A DNA stretch of 62,308 bases. It comes from Ramazzottius varieornatus (taxonomy: Eukaryota; Animalia; Tardigrada). Location: NCBI GenBank assembly GCA_001949185.1, contig BDGG01000025.1:1-62308 (forward strand), in the 5' to 3' direction. A program made the position numbers and the translations under genes. Below, one piece after another: positions 12,601 through 24,760 of this stretch; position 1 is the first letter of the stretch, and the number at the start of each line of letters is the position of its first letter. Below the pieces are notes generated by a model. The model ran no database searches, was not told where the DNA came from, and saw only the letters and a list, made by a program, of their open reading frames with translations.

Positions 12601-15553
12601 AACGCAACGTGACGTCAGTGTAGATGATATGTTATAGGTGATATTAGTGACAAAACATGTGACATAACCAGAAAGATTGCAAAAATATCTGGAAGAATTC
12701 CAGAAAACTCTGGAGAAGGTTTCCGGCCCTTCCAGAGGGCTCCGCAATCCTTGATGTGAAGCGTTAAGACTCTCAAGGGGATTTATCCGGTTAAAACTTG
12801 AAGCTAGAGTCCTGCAACATGCAGTACATTCTGCACTGCACTGCATTGCGGTAAACTGCACCGCTTTTGCAGTCGGCGAAATGGTGAGAAAATGCAGTTG
12901 CAGTTTTGAAAAAGTAAGCACCGGTCATCGCAGTATACTGTTGTGGGCCAAAAACAGTAGTAAAATCGGCTTTTTTTGCATTTTCTGGCCGGATTCTAAC
13001 GTTTTTCGGTTGAATCTCCGTAAAACAACGACGTTCACGTTGTGTTTGACATGCATTTCCGTTGGGGGCAGAAACTCTTCATTTTCAAATGCAGCGCAGT
13101 GCAGTTGCAGTTTCTGGAAACCGGATACGGTGCAGAAGCGGCACTGGTTTTAGCTTCTGCTGCAGGGCTCTACTTGAAAGTCGGTTTGGATAAGGATTTT
13201 AACCAACCGCTTTTTATACGGATAGATGCCTTATTTCGAACTAGGCGGGTTATCTGACTGGTTATCTAGATAACCGGATGAGACTTCTAACCAGCCGCTA
13301 GTCAACCTGATAAGCCATTTAACCATCCATGGTCTATCCGGATAAAATTTTATCCAACCGCCTATTCAACCGTTTAACCATTTATCCAACCATTGACAAC
13401 CCTACCGGAATTTACAATACATTTTAGCCGCGGCTGAAATATGTTCTAGCTGTGGCTAAGAAGGAAGAACGTGTGACGCTCCCAGCCTCGCTACAGGACG
13501 CCACAACACTCTAGGCTAGACTTCCTTCGCTAAGTCTAACCTAGCTCCGAACTTTCCCTGATCCCGAGTTACCAAATTAATTCCAAGAACGCGCCACACC
13601 AGACCGTAGTCGACGACAGAGCTGTATTACTCCAAGCTATGCAAAAACGACCACACAAAAACTACCCGACGTTCGGCCCAAGGCCTGACGCTGCCAAGCC
13701 AAGCTAACTCAATACTAAAGTAAGAAGGGCTGGACCAAACCATGGGTCCGGCCAGTTAAATTAGCCTGCCACGCCCGATGCTCCTCACAAACGGCTGAGA
13801 CGACTTACCTCAGCTTCGCCGAGCCTACTACACGTTCAGACAGAGTTCTTACCGTACGACTTGCCATGTGGACCAGTGGTCACGCATGCGCCGCAAAGCT
13901 TGCCATGCTCTTCTAACCGGAAATTTGCTTTCCAGAGAGGAAACTTCCGGTGATCGAGCAGATTTTCTACCTGCTGAGCTTCGATTTCGACAAGATCGAT
14001 CTGCAGAGTGAGTGGCTTTTGGAAGAAGCAAACTGCGACGAGATACCGGCCTTTCCCTACGTGACGAACCCTCAAGAGCAGCACGTTGAAGGATGGATTT
14101 GGGGATACGCTGGCATTTCTCCTAAGAAAATCCAGTGTTACCGAACACTTGGAAGTGCGGATTCGATAATCAGTCGCTTGTTAGCTCTTACTTCAACTAA
14201 GGACAGGCAAGAGAAACTGATCATGAATTTGATGAAAAGATTGTAAAACAGCATGATCGTCTGATTCTGTCTGTTACAGGGCTGTCATGTTTGAACGGTT
14301 CGAGAACGTTCTTCATGATCACTTCAGCGGGAAAGAGTACTGGGCGGCTAGGAAGAGCATGAAATTCGCCAAGAATCTCGTCGAGCTAGCAGAAAACTTT
14401 AGGAAGGAATTTCTGAGCCAGATGGAAACTGATCATGAAGTTACGTACTCAGCAACAGCCACCAACGAAAGCACAGGTGGTCCATACATATGCGCTCATC
14501 TTCGCCGTCAGGATTACCTACGCGCTCGGCCGGATGAAGTTCCTTCCATGAAGGAAGCAGCTTTACAACTCCGTCACGTATTCAGAAAACAGAGCCTGAA
14601 CACCGTCTTCGTCGCAACAGACGGGACGGACCAAGGTTGGTTGGTTTTTTCTTCAGTACCGAACTATCTCTTGCACGAAGGTTATTTCTGATTTGTAGAG
14701 ATAAAAGAACTGAAAGGAGCTCTGGGTCCTGGTTTCAATGTAGTAACATACCGGCCGCCGGAAAATCTTCTACAAAAAATCAAGGAAGGTGGTGCTGCAA
14801 TCGTCGAGCAAATTACCTGCAGTCATTCGAAGTACGTCCCTACTATTAGTCCTCCTCACGACAGGCCGTAAAACTCCGTTGATTGTGTTGATCTTGAAAG
14901 TGGATTACGAATTTTCGCCTTCAAGATAAGCAGCCCTCGAGTAGCTTATCTTGGAAGCCAAAACGGATTATTCTCCGCACACTTGACTCAAAATTTCAAT
15001 TTTTCACTTCTTAGCTGATCTCCATCTGCACAGTGCTTCACGTTGCAAGATACCGTTTCACGTATGGGCTTCTTGATACCTATTAGTGTCGGGGATATCG
15101 ATATACAGAGACTAGCCAGAGAGAAAACCATGAATTTCAGCCTGGTCAGGAGGCAAAGTTTGCCTACAAACCTGCCCCGCAAAACTCGCGCATTTCCGGT
15201 CCCGTTTCCGAGACTTGCGAAAAATCCAATTTTGCCTCACTCACGACTAATTTCCGTTGATCAAGCAAACTCAAATTTTAAATCAGCCGTTTGCGACATA
15301 AACAGCTCGTCGTGAGGAGGACTGTTGCTGTCCCGAAGGTTTCGATAGTTTCTGTGGAGTGAAACGGATAAGCTGAATAAACGCTTTCTCGAACTACAGG
15401 TATTTTATTGGGTCTTACGAGTCGACATTTTCCTTCCGGATCCAAGAGGAGCGCGAACTGATGGGATTCTCGCCGGATACTACTTTCAACCGTTTCTGTA
15501 AGTTTTCGCATGCTAAATGTCAGCAGCCAACTCAGTGGAGAGTGGAACTGTAG
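9629..15553 (+). CDS. POFUT2: GDP-fucose protein O-fucosyltransferase 2 (6 exons)
   Basis: Exons 9629-9768, 9827-10086, 13936-14206, 14280-14635, 14699-14831 and 15400-15553 join in frame. They give a signal-like N-terminus, [80 protein letters not shown] and the ending [20 protein letters not shown]. Confidence 0.96.
10733..11716 (-). mobile_element. Non-autonomous pogo-like (Tc1/mariner superfamily) element with HTH_psq remnant, in POFUT2 intron 2
   Basis: ~58-bp TIRs (cgaggtggaggacatcattcggacacag... / ...ctgtgttcgaataatgtcctctacctcg) flanked by TA on both sides. Internal ORF 11267-11040 contains [27 protein letters not shown], a pipsqueak-type HTH. Confidence 0.82.
12131..12598. mobile_element. 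MITE with tgtaat/ttaca subterminal repeats
   Basis: Inverted ends caccagctggtaatgatgagc / gctcatcattatcagctggtg, with many internal tgtaat/attaca motifs. Exact ends uncertain. Confidence 0.65.
12805..13172. mobile_element. hAT-like MITE, probably nested in another repeat
   Basis: TIR tagagtcctgcaaca / tgctgcagggctcta. Flanks cttgaagc and cttgaaag look like a degenerate 8-bp TSD. Subterminal tgcag/ctgca repeats. Confidence 0.6.
13472..13789 (-). mobile_element. Solo LTR (TG...CA, 4-bp TSD AACG)
   Basis: Starts TGTGACGC and ends CTCCTCACA, flanked by aacg on both sides. Near-identical reverse-complement copy at 58557-58870. Strand is relative to that copy only. Confidence 0.88.
14849..15322. 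mobile_element. MITE (GTCCTCCTCACGAC TIRs) in POFUT2 intron 5
   Basis: TIR gtcctcctcacgac / gtcgtgaggaggac. Left flank is TA, right flank TG. Near-identical inverted copy at 37817-38276. Confidence 0.88.
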
Positions 15554-16305
15554 AACCCGCCGACCACAAAGGCTACTCTTTTCGGATGTACGCAACTGTG
15601 GCGCGAAACTCCTCAATGTCGTGGGGGAGACTGACTCTGAGAAACCAGATTTCTCTTTACATCCAGTGCCGTTTTCTTTGTTCCATGACAGCTTTGTCTG
15701 CGGAAATAGCTTTTCCATCACTTTACCCAGCTTCTAACTGAGATAGGTGAAGAATTCCTAATGTGCGCCGCAGTTTTTGAACTTTTTCGTCTGATGCTAA
15801 TCAACCTTGCGCACTTTCAAGAATTTCTACGACATAACTGACAATAGAAAGAAGACAAGCGTTTCAGAATGTGCAAAACCATCTTCGACATTTGCGGTAA
15901 AAGTGATAACTTGTGTGTCGTCAACAAAAGTAAATAAACATCTAGTATACTTACATTGCTACTGCGTTTCGTATGAAAAACTTCCCAGCACCAAGAAACG
16001 CACAATATAAAAACGTTTCGAGGAAAGAAAAGGCTATCAGTTTAACACCAGGGAGGTAATTTCAAGGCAACTCGGAGCATTCTTTCCCCGTCCATACCAC
16101 ATATTTGCGCTTCCCCCCTGCAACAAGAAAGTAGTGAGTTAGAAAAACTGGGATAACAATAGGGACATCACTCAGATCATTTTCTCAAGTGGCGTACGTT
16201 CTCAGCCACTAACAATAAAAACGTGCGCCACTAGATATGACCATCTGGGCGAAATCATATGCCGACGTCCCAACCACAAAAATTCAGAACTTCAGTACCT
16301 TCTTG

Positions 16306-19300
16306 TCACCGTCCGTTGACGGCGAAAAGGCTTTTAGCCGACCCTAAAATATCTTCGGCGTCTTGAGTAACAGTCACGTTCTTTTTGACGGCTTTGTTCA
16401 TCCTCAGAGGTGGCAAGTTCGGAATGACGACCTGGAGTTTCTGCATTTCACTGAGAGGCTTGCCGATATGGTCGACGACAATCTTTTTGAAGGCAGCCTT
16501 CTTCCTCTTCTCGTATAGGTTCTTGCCTTCGGGCCGTACGAAGAGCAGACCGTCGAGTTGTTCCACGGCAAGGCGATGTTTGTCCAAATCACGGTTTTCC
16601 GGCCGGAGAACTTCCTCGACCGCTGCGGGGAAGAGTGGCTTCAGGTGGAAATAAGCGTGAAGGCCAAGATTGAGAAGCGTTGCCTGGTTAAGCTCGTGTT
16701 GACCATGGACCTGCGAAGGACAACCTGGACAATGAAGGAATGCAAAGAAGCTTTTCCCGCAATTATCACATCCAACTTGGGGCAGGCCGCACAGACTTGG
16801 CTTTCCCAAGTTTTTTATTCTCGCCCAAGGCCGTGCCGCAAGCAAAAGCCCGAAACACAGCCCTGATCGTCTTTACCACAGCACTCAGGTCCGTGCCGGA
16901 CACCTTCGAACTGTAAATTCCGAAGAAGACAACGCTCTTCTTTGTCAGAAGACTCTCACGTACCTTAAGTCCCCACAGGATGCTCTGCATAATGTACTTG
17001 ACAGCTTCGGCGGTGAGTGGACTATCGTCCTTCCTGGTTAACCTCGGTATGAGCATTTGAGCAAATTTCGCAAAGGCGACGGAGGCTGGCGCGTCTGGCC
17101 ATCGTAGACCGTTGAACACGGTCATGACGATCGCCTCAGAAAGACCTCCTTCCTGCAAGCAGAGGTTACCTAGTGGAGATACTTCCGGCACATCCTCGGG
17201 CTTGCCGGCAGACTTGAGCGGTTGAGACGAGGAAGTGGGCGAAGGACTGTGCGTGCTGGCACCCGAATCGTCCTCCATGGCGTCAGCATCCCGCGAATCG
17301 TCCGGAGATAACTTCACACCCTGTAAAACCGGAAAAACACTCTCCACAGATCGTCAGAATCGAAAAAATGATTTATCATTTATATAGACCGACTGGGATA
17401 TCCATGTTTTCCAACTGGCGCATGCTTTCAGCCAGTGAGACTGAAGAAGTGCACCACTTGAGGAAGTGGTGTTGTCTAGCTCGTTTGTTTGCCGACGTGG
17501 CGCACATTTCTCTTGTCAATAACTAGAAGGGCGAGTCTCTTGGGAAAAACTGTCTGTTCGCTTAGCTTCGACTTTGGTGTCCTGGTTGAATACTTTAGAG
17601 TTTGACTAGATACGCACTTGATCACAGAGAAGGGGTTGGAGGACCAAGCTCCAGTAATCTTTTGTGAAAGACCGCAGCAGGATATCCCGGACAATCTCGT
17701 CCTGTTCGGTACTCTCCACGTCCAGGTCTTCCCAGTTCGCATTCAGCATCTTGAACACCGCGGGACAGAACTCTTTCATGGCAGGGACCATCACCGTACT
17801 GTATGCTTCCGGCGGACATGTCTTGATGAGGTTCTGCAGGAGGACACGGGAGATGGTGCGAATGACGAAGAGCGGGATTACTTCGGGCATGCTGATGTAG
17901 CGCAGGAGGGCGTTCTTCAGCAGCCCGGCCAAGTTAGGCACCTGGTAGAATTGGCCACCCAAACATCGACCGGCAAAACCGATGATCCGACAAACGGATT
18001 CAAGGTTGGCTTGCATCCAGTTACGCAACCGCTCGATGGGTACGTGGTCGGGATCAGCATCCTGAAAAAACAACAACCGGTAAAATCCAACAAAAAGTTA
18101 TTTAGAAATTTTCAAATCTAATTTCTTAATGTTTTAGAATACTTGAGAAAGGTTCTTTTTTTTACTTCACATCCCGGCACAAAAAACCGGACAGAATTAC
18201 GTAGAAACACTTGCCGAACGAAACTATTACTGGAGTCAGTCCCAAATTCGCCATAGGAAACGAGATCCAGACGAAAAAGGAAAGAAAACAAGAACCAGTA
18301 AGCCCTTACGCCCCCTTGTGCGTGTACTCAGTTACTCCCGAGGTATCGAGCAAGGGAACGTTTGATATTTTCACACTGCGCTCATCGAGAAAGAAATTGC
18401 CCACGTTTCTCTACTAGTAATTCGAACTTCTGTTTTTGACTAGTGTTTTCTAGCTTTGGTTTTCAAAGTCTTTCCATCTGTTCGGTTGCATATCTGTTGT
18501 ACTGCTGCCGCATTTCGAAGCTGAGGAACCAAATTCGACAAGACGCAAGTGACGCACGTTCTCAGTGTTCGTAACCGAAACGTGCGCCACTTTGGAAAAC
18601 TATCCTGGTTCGTTTGCCGAGTTCCCATTCCTCTTCTCCGCTCCAGCTAACGGCGAACGAGCTCGTTATTTTGTGTTTGATGGAAAGCGGGCAAAATGGA
18701 TATGAAGAGGAGAGGGGAACTTACTGGAGTGTACGATCCGAAGACAGGACGTAGGACGTTTCTCTTCTCCACGGCAGGTATCTTGAGCAAGTCCTTATTG
18801 CTGTTATGCAACAACGCCGCCGAGCTTGGCAGTCTAATCTTGAGAAAGCACTCGATCAACAGAACGGAATTCTCCAGCAGGGAAATCACCGGAGCATCGC
18901 TAAACTTCATATTGACAAAAGTTGAGGCAATGATATTTGAGCAAAAGAACAACTGTTTTCTGCGTTGGCCTACAATAGGATCATCGAACCCCGTGTTCAG
19001 CGGTTGGTCTAGCCCAAAGAACTTGACAAACTTCTCGACGGACTTGACGGCTTCCGAGAACTCTGCCGACTGCCAGAAGGGCGCTACAGCATTAAGAATC
19101 TCACTGGCAAGGCCTGCTTGCTTCGTGGGATCCCCGCAGTCTTTCGTGATGGTGATGAGACCGTCGAGCAGTGCGCAACGGTCGGTGGTAGTCAGAGCAA
19201 AAGAGAAGACTTCTCGGAGACTGGCCAGAATCTGGTCGTATCTCTCCACCATAGACTTGGTCATGTACTTGCAGAACTGGCTGAAGAAGTTGGTCGCGTG

Positions 19301-21734
19301 CCTGTGGAGTTCTGCTATCGGGCTGTTGGGTTCTTTCTGGGTGTCGGGAGTCGCCAACGTGCTGGTCAACAGAAACAGATCGTACTTCACGATCCGATCC
19401 AGCATTTCCAAACACGTAGCCTGCAAGAATCACTCATCAGGATCGTCCCTCACAAAAGTTACAACCTTATCTAAAAGAAAAGCAAAGAAAAGTGCACCGG
19501 TTGTACAGAGGACTGAAGGAGAATGTTACTATCAAATACAATGCCGGAAAGGCATCCCTTCCCGTGGTCACGTGGTCATACAGCATCAGCCATAGGCGAA
19601 GCTACGTGACCACGGGAAGTGATACGTTTGTAGTGTCGATGATGACGGCACAGCCTTGACAGCACGGGACAAGGCCGTGCCACAGATCGGAAGTCGTTCT
19701 CATTTACGATATTCCAATACGCAGACTTCTGAACCCAACCTCAAAAGGTTTACCTGGTGTTCCGGAGGCGGGTTAGGAATGAAGGAATGAGCTAGACGGG
19801 AGATACAGCTGAGTGCGTACGACTTCACTTCCGGGTCGGCATTAGCCGGCGAATCCTTCCTCAGCGCCATCAGTCTTTCTATCAGTTGAAACGCGACCCG
19901 TCTGTATTGAGTCCTAACGTGCGGTGCCACAGATTTGGCCGTATTGTCCATGATGATCTGTACAGAATTCCATCTGTCCTCCGCTGTTACCCCCGAGTCC
20001 ATCAGCACCTGAAGTCCGTTGAAGGAGAACTCCAGCAGCTCGGCTGGCTTGGCTATGGCTATCCTCCTAACCAATTCCGATATTCTAAGTCTGTACCCTC
20101 CCAGGAACTCCTTGAATGCGCTTTCTTGATTACCAAAGTCCATGTCGAACATTTTGTCCTGTTCGTCCATTTTGGTCAGGAGTAACATCTTCGCCAAGAG
20201 TTGGACTAAACTAACGGCTGTTGGTATGACTTCCGGTCGTTCACGGATCACTTTGTTGCCCCAGATGGCCAACCAGGCGTTCAAGGCAAGGTTAGCAACC
20301 ATGGGACTCTGGTGATGAGTGAGAATGGTCAGCGTGGAGATGTACTGGACGAAGTGAGCCTTGTGCTGTTCCAGGTAGCTTGTCAACTCTTCCAAGTTCG
20401 ACAGCTGCAGCACGATCGCCACAAATGTCTCGCAAAACTTCTTGAAAGACGTGTAAGACTGCTCGTTGAATGGTCCGGGGAAGGAAACGATTCGCACAAG
20501 AACCTGAAAGCAAAGAAATAAATAAGGATTCAAACCTTTTCAAAAGTTTAAAACGAACTGGACAAGATTGTTTTCTCAAGCAGTGCACCGTTTCGGTGGT
20601 ACCGGCTGACAGCGTGCGCCACTTGCAAAACGATCTTGGCAAGTTTGTCTGTCTGAAAATCGTAACCAGCGAGTGTTAATGGGTTCCAAGTCCGAAACTG
20701 GCAAGCGACTATTCAAGTCAGGGTTTTGCTGGACAACATACCTGAAAATATTTCGGTTCGGAAAAAAGACGAAGAACCAGCTTGACATCTTCCTTCTTGG
20801 AATATTTCCTGCTCAGCATGCAGTAAAGGAAATCGGCAATCTCCAGTTGCAGGGAATCGTCATTGATGGGCTGCAGCAGCAGCAGCAGCGTGTCGATGAG
20901 GAGACCTTCATTGGTCCAGATGGACTTGACTTGGGTGAATTCACCGATGGCCGAGCACAGCCGGAGTACATTGACGGCGATCAGCCGTAGATTGTTCCGC
21001 AAAGCCTGGCTCAGCGAGCGAACTAGAAACCCGATGAAGTCGGGCATTATGGTCATCAAAGACTCGGACAGCTCGCGGTGACGCTGTTGAGGAAGCGATC
21101 GGAACTGCATCAAGTCTTCGATAAACCTACGGAAAAAGTGAGTTTATCGAAAAAACAAAAATAAATCAACCGGAAGTGAAAATCGATTCTTCTAATCAAC
21201 TTGTCCAATCAAATATAGGGCATACCGTAGAAATACGAGGACGATAATCTGAAGTTGCGTTGGCCCTTTCATGCTCAATTCTTCCACTTCCTGAAGCATT
21301 GTTGGCCATTGTTGCGGCCACTCGCGCTTGATCATCTCAACTACGATCTTGCCGATACCGTCAAGGATGAAATTCTCCGTACTCTGCCCACTGGTGTCGA
21401 TGTTGGTGATCAACTCAAAGACGGTATTTTTGGTGAACAGTTTCTGCTCTGGCTTCATCTGTTGCCAGTTGAACTTCACGCTGTCTTCCAGGAACTGAAA
21501 ACCGATGTGGACGATGGCTAGATTCCATCCGCCGGTAGCGTTTCGAGCGAGCACGGCGCCGATCTGCAGTTTATGGTCGACGGAGAGATTTTTCTTGATG
21601 GTTTCGAAATTGTGATAGGCTTCCATTCGACGCGTATTATCCACAAATGGATCGGACATGGCGCTGATGACCTGCACCACACTGAGGATGTCCTCCTCTC
21701 GAAGGCTAACTAGCTTCATGCTTCCGCTGTCCAT
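16306..21734 (-). CDS. XPO5: Exportin-5 (importin-beta family, multi-exon)
   Basis: Contains FLEDSVKFNW, IVVEMIKREWPQQWPTML, FLR|FIEDLMQFRSLPQQRHREL, PIERLRNW and a C-terminal KRRKAAF-like region (EKRKKAAFKKIVVDHIGKPLSEM...NLPPL), all Exportin-5-type. Likely ATG at 21734 (MDSGSM), stop at 16306. Confidence 0.92.
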
Positions 21735-22234
21735 CGATACTGCCACTATCTCTGGGAAAGGGAAGGTTGCTGGACGGAAATCTGTAGCGTGAAAGCGTAT
21801 TGCGTAAGCCGACAAGCAAATTAATTCGTCCTAACCATCTACAGCACTAACCTCCAGCGTTGTCTCGTGCTTTCGGGTCGGTGGAGTCGTATGTTTCCTA
21901 GAAGAATTCAGGGAACATATTCGTGGGAAGATGGTCGAAATCTGGAAGGAATAAAGATTATGGAAAGCTATTGCAACATCCTATCCTTTTCAACGTGGTG
22001 GATCTTTTTTTGCCGGACCGATTTTGCAAAACTGGACTGGAGTGAATCTATTTGTACGCAATCCACAACAAATCCAGCTTGAACTGTCTGAACCGCGAAC
22101 CAACAACGTGGCTATCTGACGTCATCAGGACCACTGTTTGAATCTGGTTTTGCACTCTATGGCGACACATCAAGTATTACATGGTTAGCCATCCGGGTAA
22201 AACGTTTCCAACTTTCCATACGAACGAATACAGT

Positions 22235-22890
22235 TAGTGATGTTCTAATATGGGTTAATGAGATCTAATATGATAAAAATAAATATCCGCCGTCCATCAA
22301 AGTCCGAATAAGTGACCACTACTTATAGTAAAACGTCTACCTCGTTTAATAAAATATTACTATAGTGGAACTTTCCGGGGTTTGTTATTGAAATATATAT
22401 TTTAATATCGGAGAGCTCGAGGGAAGATCTGAAGATTCAGAATCACAACCATCCAGATCAGCAAAAATACTGTAGTACAGCTTGCACCCTGCACCTGCAC
22501 ATTGTAACATAGCCGGTTGAAGTATCAGACTGTATGCATGTGCACGATGTTTAAGGGTAGTTATTTCGCAGTAGCACATCATCATAGTGTGGTCCACTTT
22601 GTAAGGCGTGGTCGAACATCGGGAAACCAAAGCACACGCATCAGAACTCAGCAAATCAACCAATTTTTCGAATCAGCGGTAGCGTTACCCGTATTAAAAT
22701 ATATTTTACTATAGGTGATGGACAACATGATAATAATGAAATATCGCACTTCGGGTTTCAAGCTGCTGAAGTATAAATATCAGAATGCGGTGCCCAATTC
22801 TGCTAACTAAATATTTCTAAATGTAGTAGATGCTCAAATCATCTACTATCATCTACTTTAGTATAACATTATTATATTGGAACATCACTA
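22235..22890. mobile_element. hAT-family MITE
   Basis: TIR tagtgatgttctaatat / atattggaacatcacta with a perfect 8-bp TSD AATACAGT (22227-22234 and 22891-22898). Confidence 0.9.
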
Positions 22891-22929
22891 AATACAGTAC
22901 TATTTCTCGTGGAGAAGCATAGAGTTTGC

Positions 22930-23523
22930 TAAGGTTGTAAATTCCAGGCCGAATCCCGTTGGAATGGAAAATAGGAAAGGAATTCCTAATATTCCTATAT
23001 TCCTATTTCCTATTTCTTTCTCCAGACGGTCCTCGCAAAAATCTGGAATTCCAATGTCCCACTAACTAGTTTAGTCCCCTTTACATACCCATCTAAAACA
23101 GTAAACATGATCTGAAGTTATCAATAAATTTGGTTTTGAGACTGCAAGGATGCTGGAGATTGGCCGATCCGAACTTTTGGTCTTGTCGGACGTGGAAGTC
23201 CAAGGAAAAATCAAGGACTAACGCACAGTTGAATGCGCCGCATACTTTAGTGCGACGGATCGAAAATGCTATTGGTCGTTCAGTTGAACGACCAATCAGC
23301 CTCAGTGGTACGCATATGTGAGCCAGCATCAGGGTCAGGTTTTTGACAAGATCTGCTGGATCTTTGACTGTTCACCTCGTGGAATTCCTAAATTTTCTCC
23401 GATTTTTGCTAGTTCTCCATATAGGAATTCCACCGTTCCAAACGGCTGCCCCTTGGAACAGAACGGAATTCCAGGAATGGAACGGAATTTGGAAAGGAAT
23501 AGAATTAGGAATTTACAACCTTA
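22930..23523. mobile_element. hAT-family MITE
   Basis: TIR taaggttgtaaattcc / ggaatttacaacctta, 8-bp flanks gagtttgc / gggtttgc (7/8 match), and ggaat/attcc subterminal repeats. Confidence 0.85.
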
Positions 23524-24550
23524 GGGTTTGCAGGGACAGGTCAGGTCTCATAAACTGCCATCATATTTGCGACTTTCAGGTCGTAGTCTCAGATTTGGAC
23601 AAATCAACTCCGCCGCAATCAAGCTTGATGAGAGTCAAAATTGACGTCACCACCTGCGCATGCGAAGAATTTTGCCTCGCTTTCCCACGTTTGTGCACTC
23701 CCATATCGCAGTGCTTGCTCTGCCGACCGGAAGTAAAAAGCTCTGACCGGATCTGCAGTGGCATCTTGAGCATCTTGTCGAAGGAGGCACATCGAGGTTA
23801 TATCCGATAACGCGAGGGACACGCCTGTTTTCTCATTGTCTACTTCAGCATCTTTAGTGCAGCTTCCTACTGTCTTAAGCCTGGCTAGCCAGCTACACAA
23901 AATACCCGCAAACCACATAATCGGCAGTCTCAACTGGTTGCTCCGGGGAGAAAGCGGCCATCGTGGATGACATAAACTCCTGAGCATTGTTGCTTGGGCG
24001 TACTGCGCCGAGGTTGCATGATTGTCCGAAAAAGATACCGCTCTCGTCCGACCAACGTCAGCCGGCTAGTCAGGCTCCTAGCCTCTGGTAATCTGGAAGT
24101 ATCCTGGTGCTATGAAGTTCACGGATAATGGCAAATCTCCAAGCTTGAGTCGCGATTCCTTGGCCGTCGTGCGACTGGAAGTGCGCCGCTGCAGCAGCGT
24201 TAGAAGCGTGTAATATTATGTCGTAATCCCCTGTAAAAGTTCGGAACCGCACGCTGCGGTCCTAAATCACGAAACGGGCAGTCTTCAGGCTCCGGAACGC
24301 GAAGAGATACGCAAAAGTTAGAGGGGATGATTTACCGGACGGTCTCGGAAATCGGTCTTATCGAAATGTCAGTTTTCCATGAGACCAGTCGGGCACGGTC
24401 TCAGAATGGAAGTCCTGGATTTGGAGTCGACCAATAGCAGCGTTTCAGCGTGTTCGAGCCGGCCCACGACCTATCGAAACATGAGACCGAAAGATGAGAG
24501 TGGTTTTTTATGAGACCTGACCTGTCCTCGCAATCTCTATAATGAATTCG

Positions 24551-24591
24551 ATTGGCTAAAGGGCGGAGTCTGATAGGCTCAAAATTCCGCC
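24551..24591. promoter_or_regulatory. Putative kinesin-6 promoter: CCAAT box, GC box and CDE/CHR-like element
   Basis: ATTGG (24551), GGGCGG (24561) and reverse-strand GGCGG-aat-TTTGAG (24578-24591) cluster ~170-210 bp upstream of the ATG. Confidence 0.3.
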
Positions 24592-24760
24592 TTCCTTCTT
24601 TGTAACGAGATCAGGACACATCTACTGGAAAAATCAGTTGGAAAATCATGTTCATGACTTCATCCTTCCATCCAAATCGGCGGATCAATCCTAATTTCTC
24701 CACTTCCTTGAGTGTCTGCTCGTGCTTTGACTTACTCACTGAAGCTCTCAAGGTTCAAAG

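Noticed and set aside
15043-15315. ORF duplicated at 37824-38081 ([10 protein letters not shown]...)
   Set aside because: Both lie inside copies of the same MITE, and the peptide has no recognisable domain.
15498-15503. GTAAGT as a donor for an additional POFUT2 exon
   Set aside because: Read-through gives the expected C-terminus [11 protein letters not shown].
19430-19471. Apparent extra XPO5 exon containing an in-frame TGA
   Set aside because: The donor at 19753 splices in frame to the acceptor at 19421 (PEHQ|ATCLEM), so no recoding is needed.
18696-19595. 299-aa plus-strand ORF, and similar antisense ORFs such as 17618-18121
   Set aside because: Antisense shadows of XPO5 exons.
24330-24520. 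Repeated ggtctc/gagacc motifs upstream of the kinesin
   Set aside because: Possibly an old MITE, but no definable TIR or TSD.
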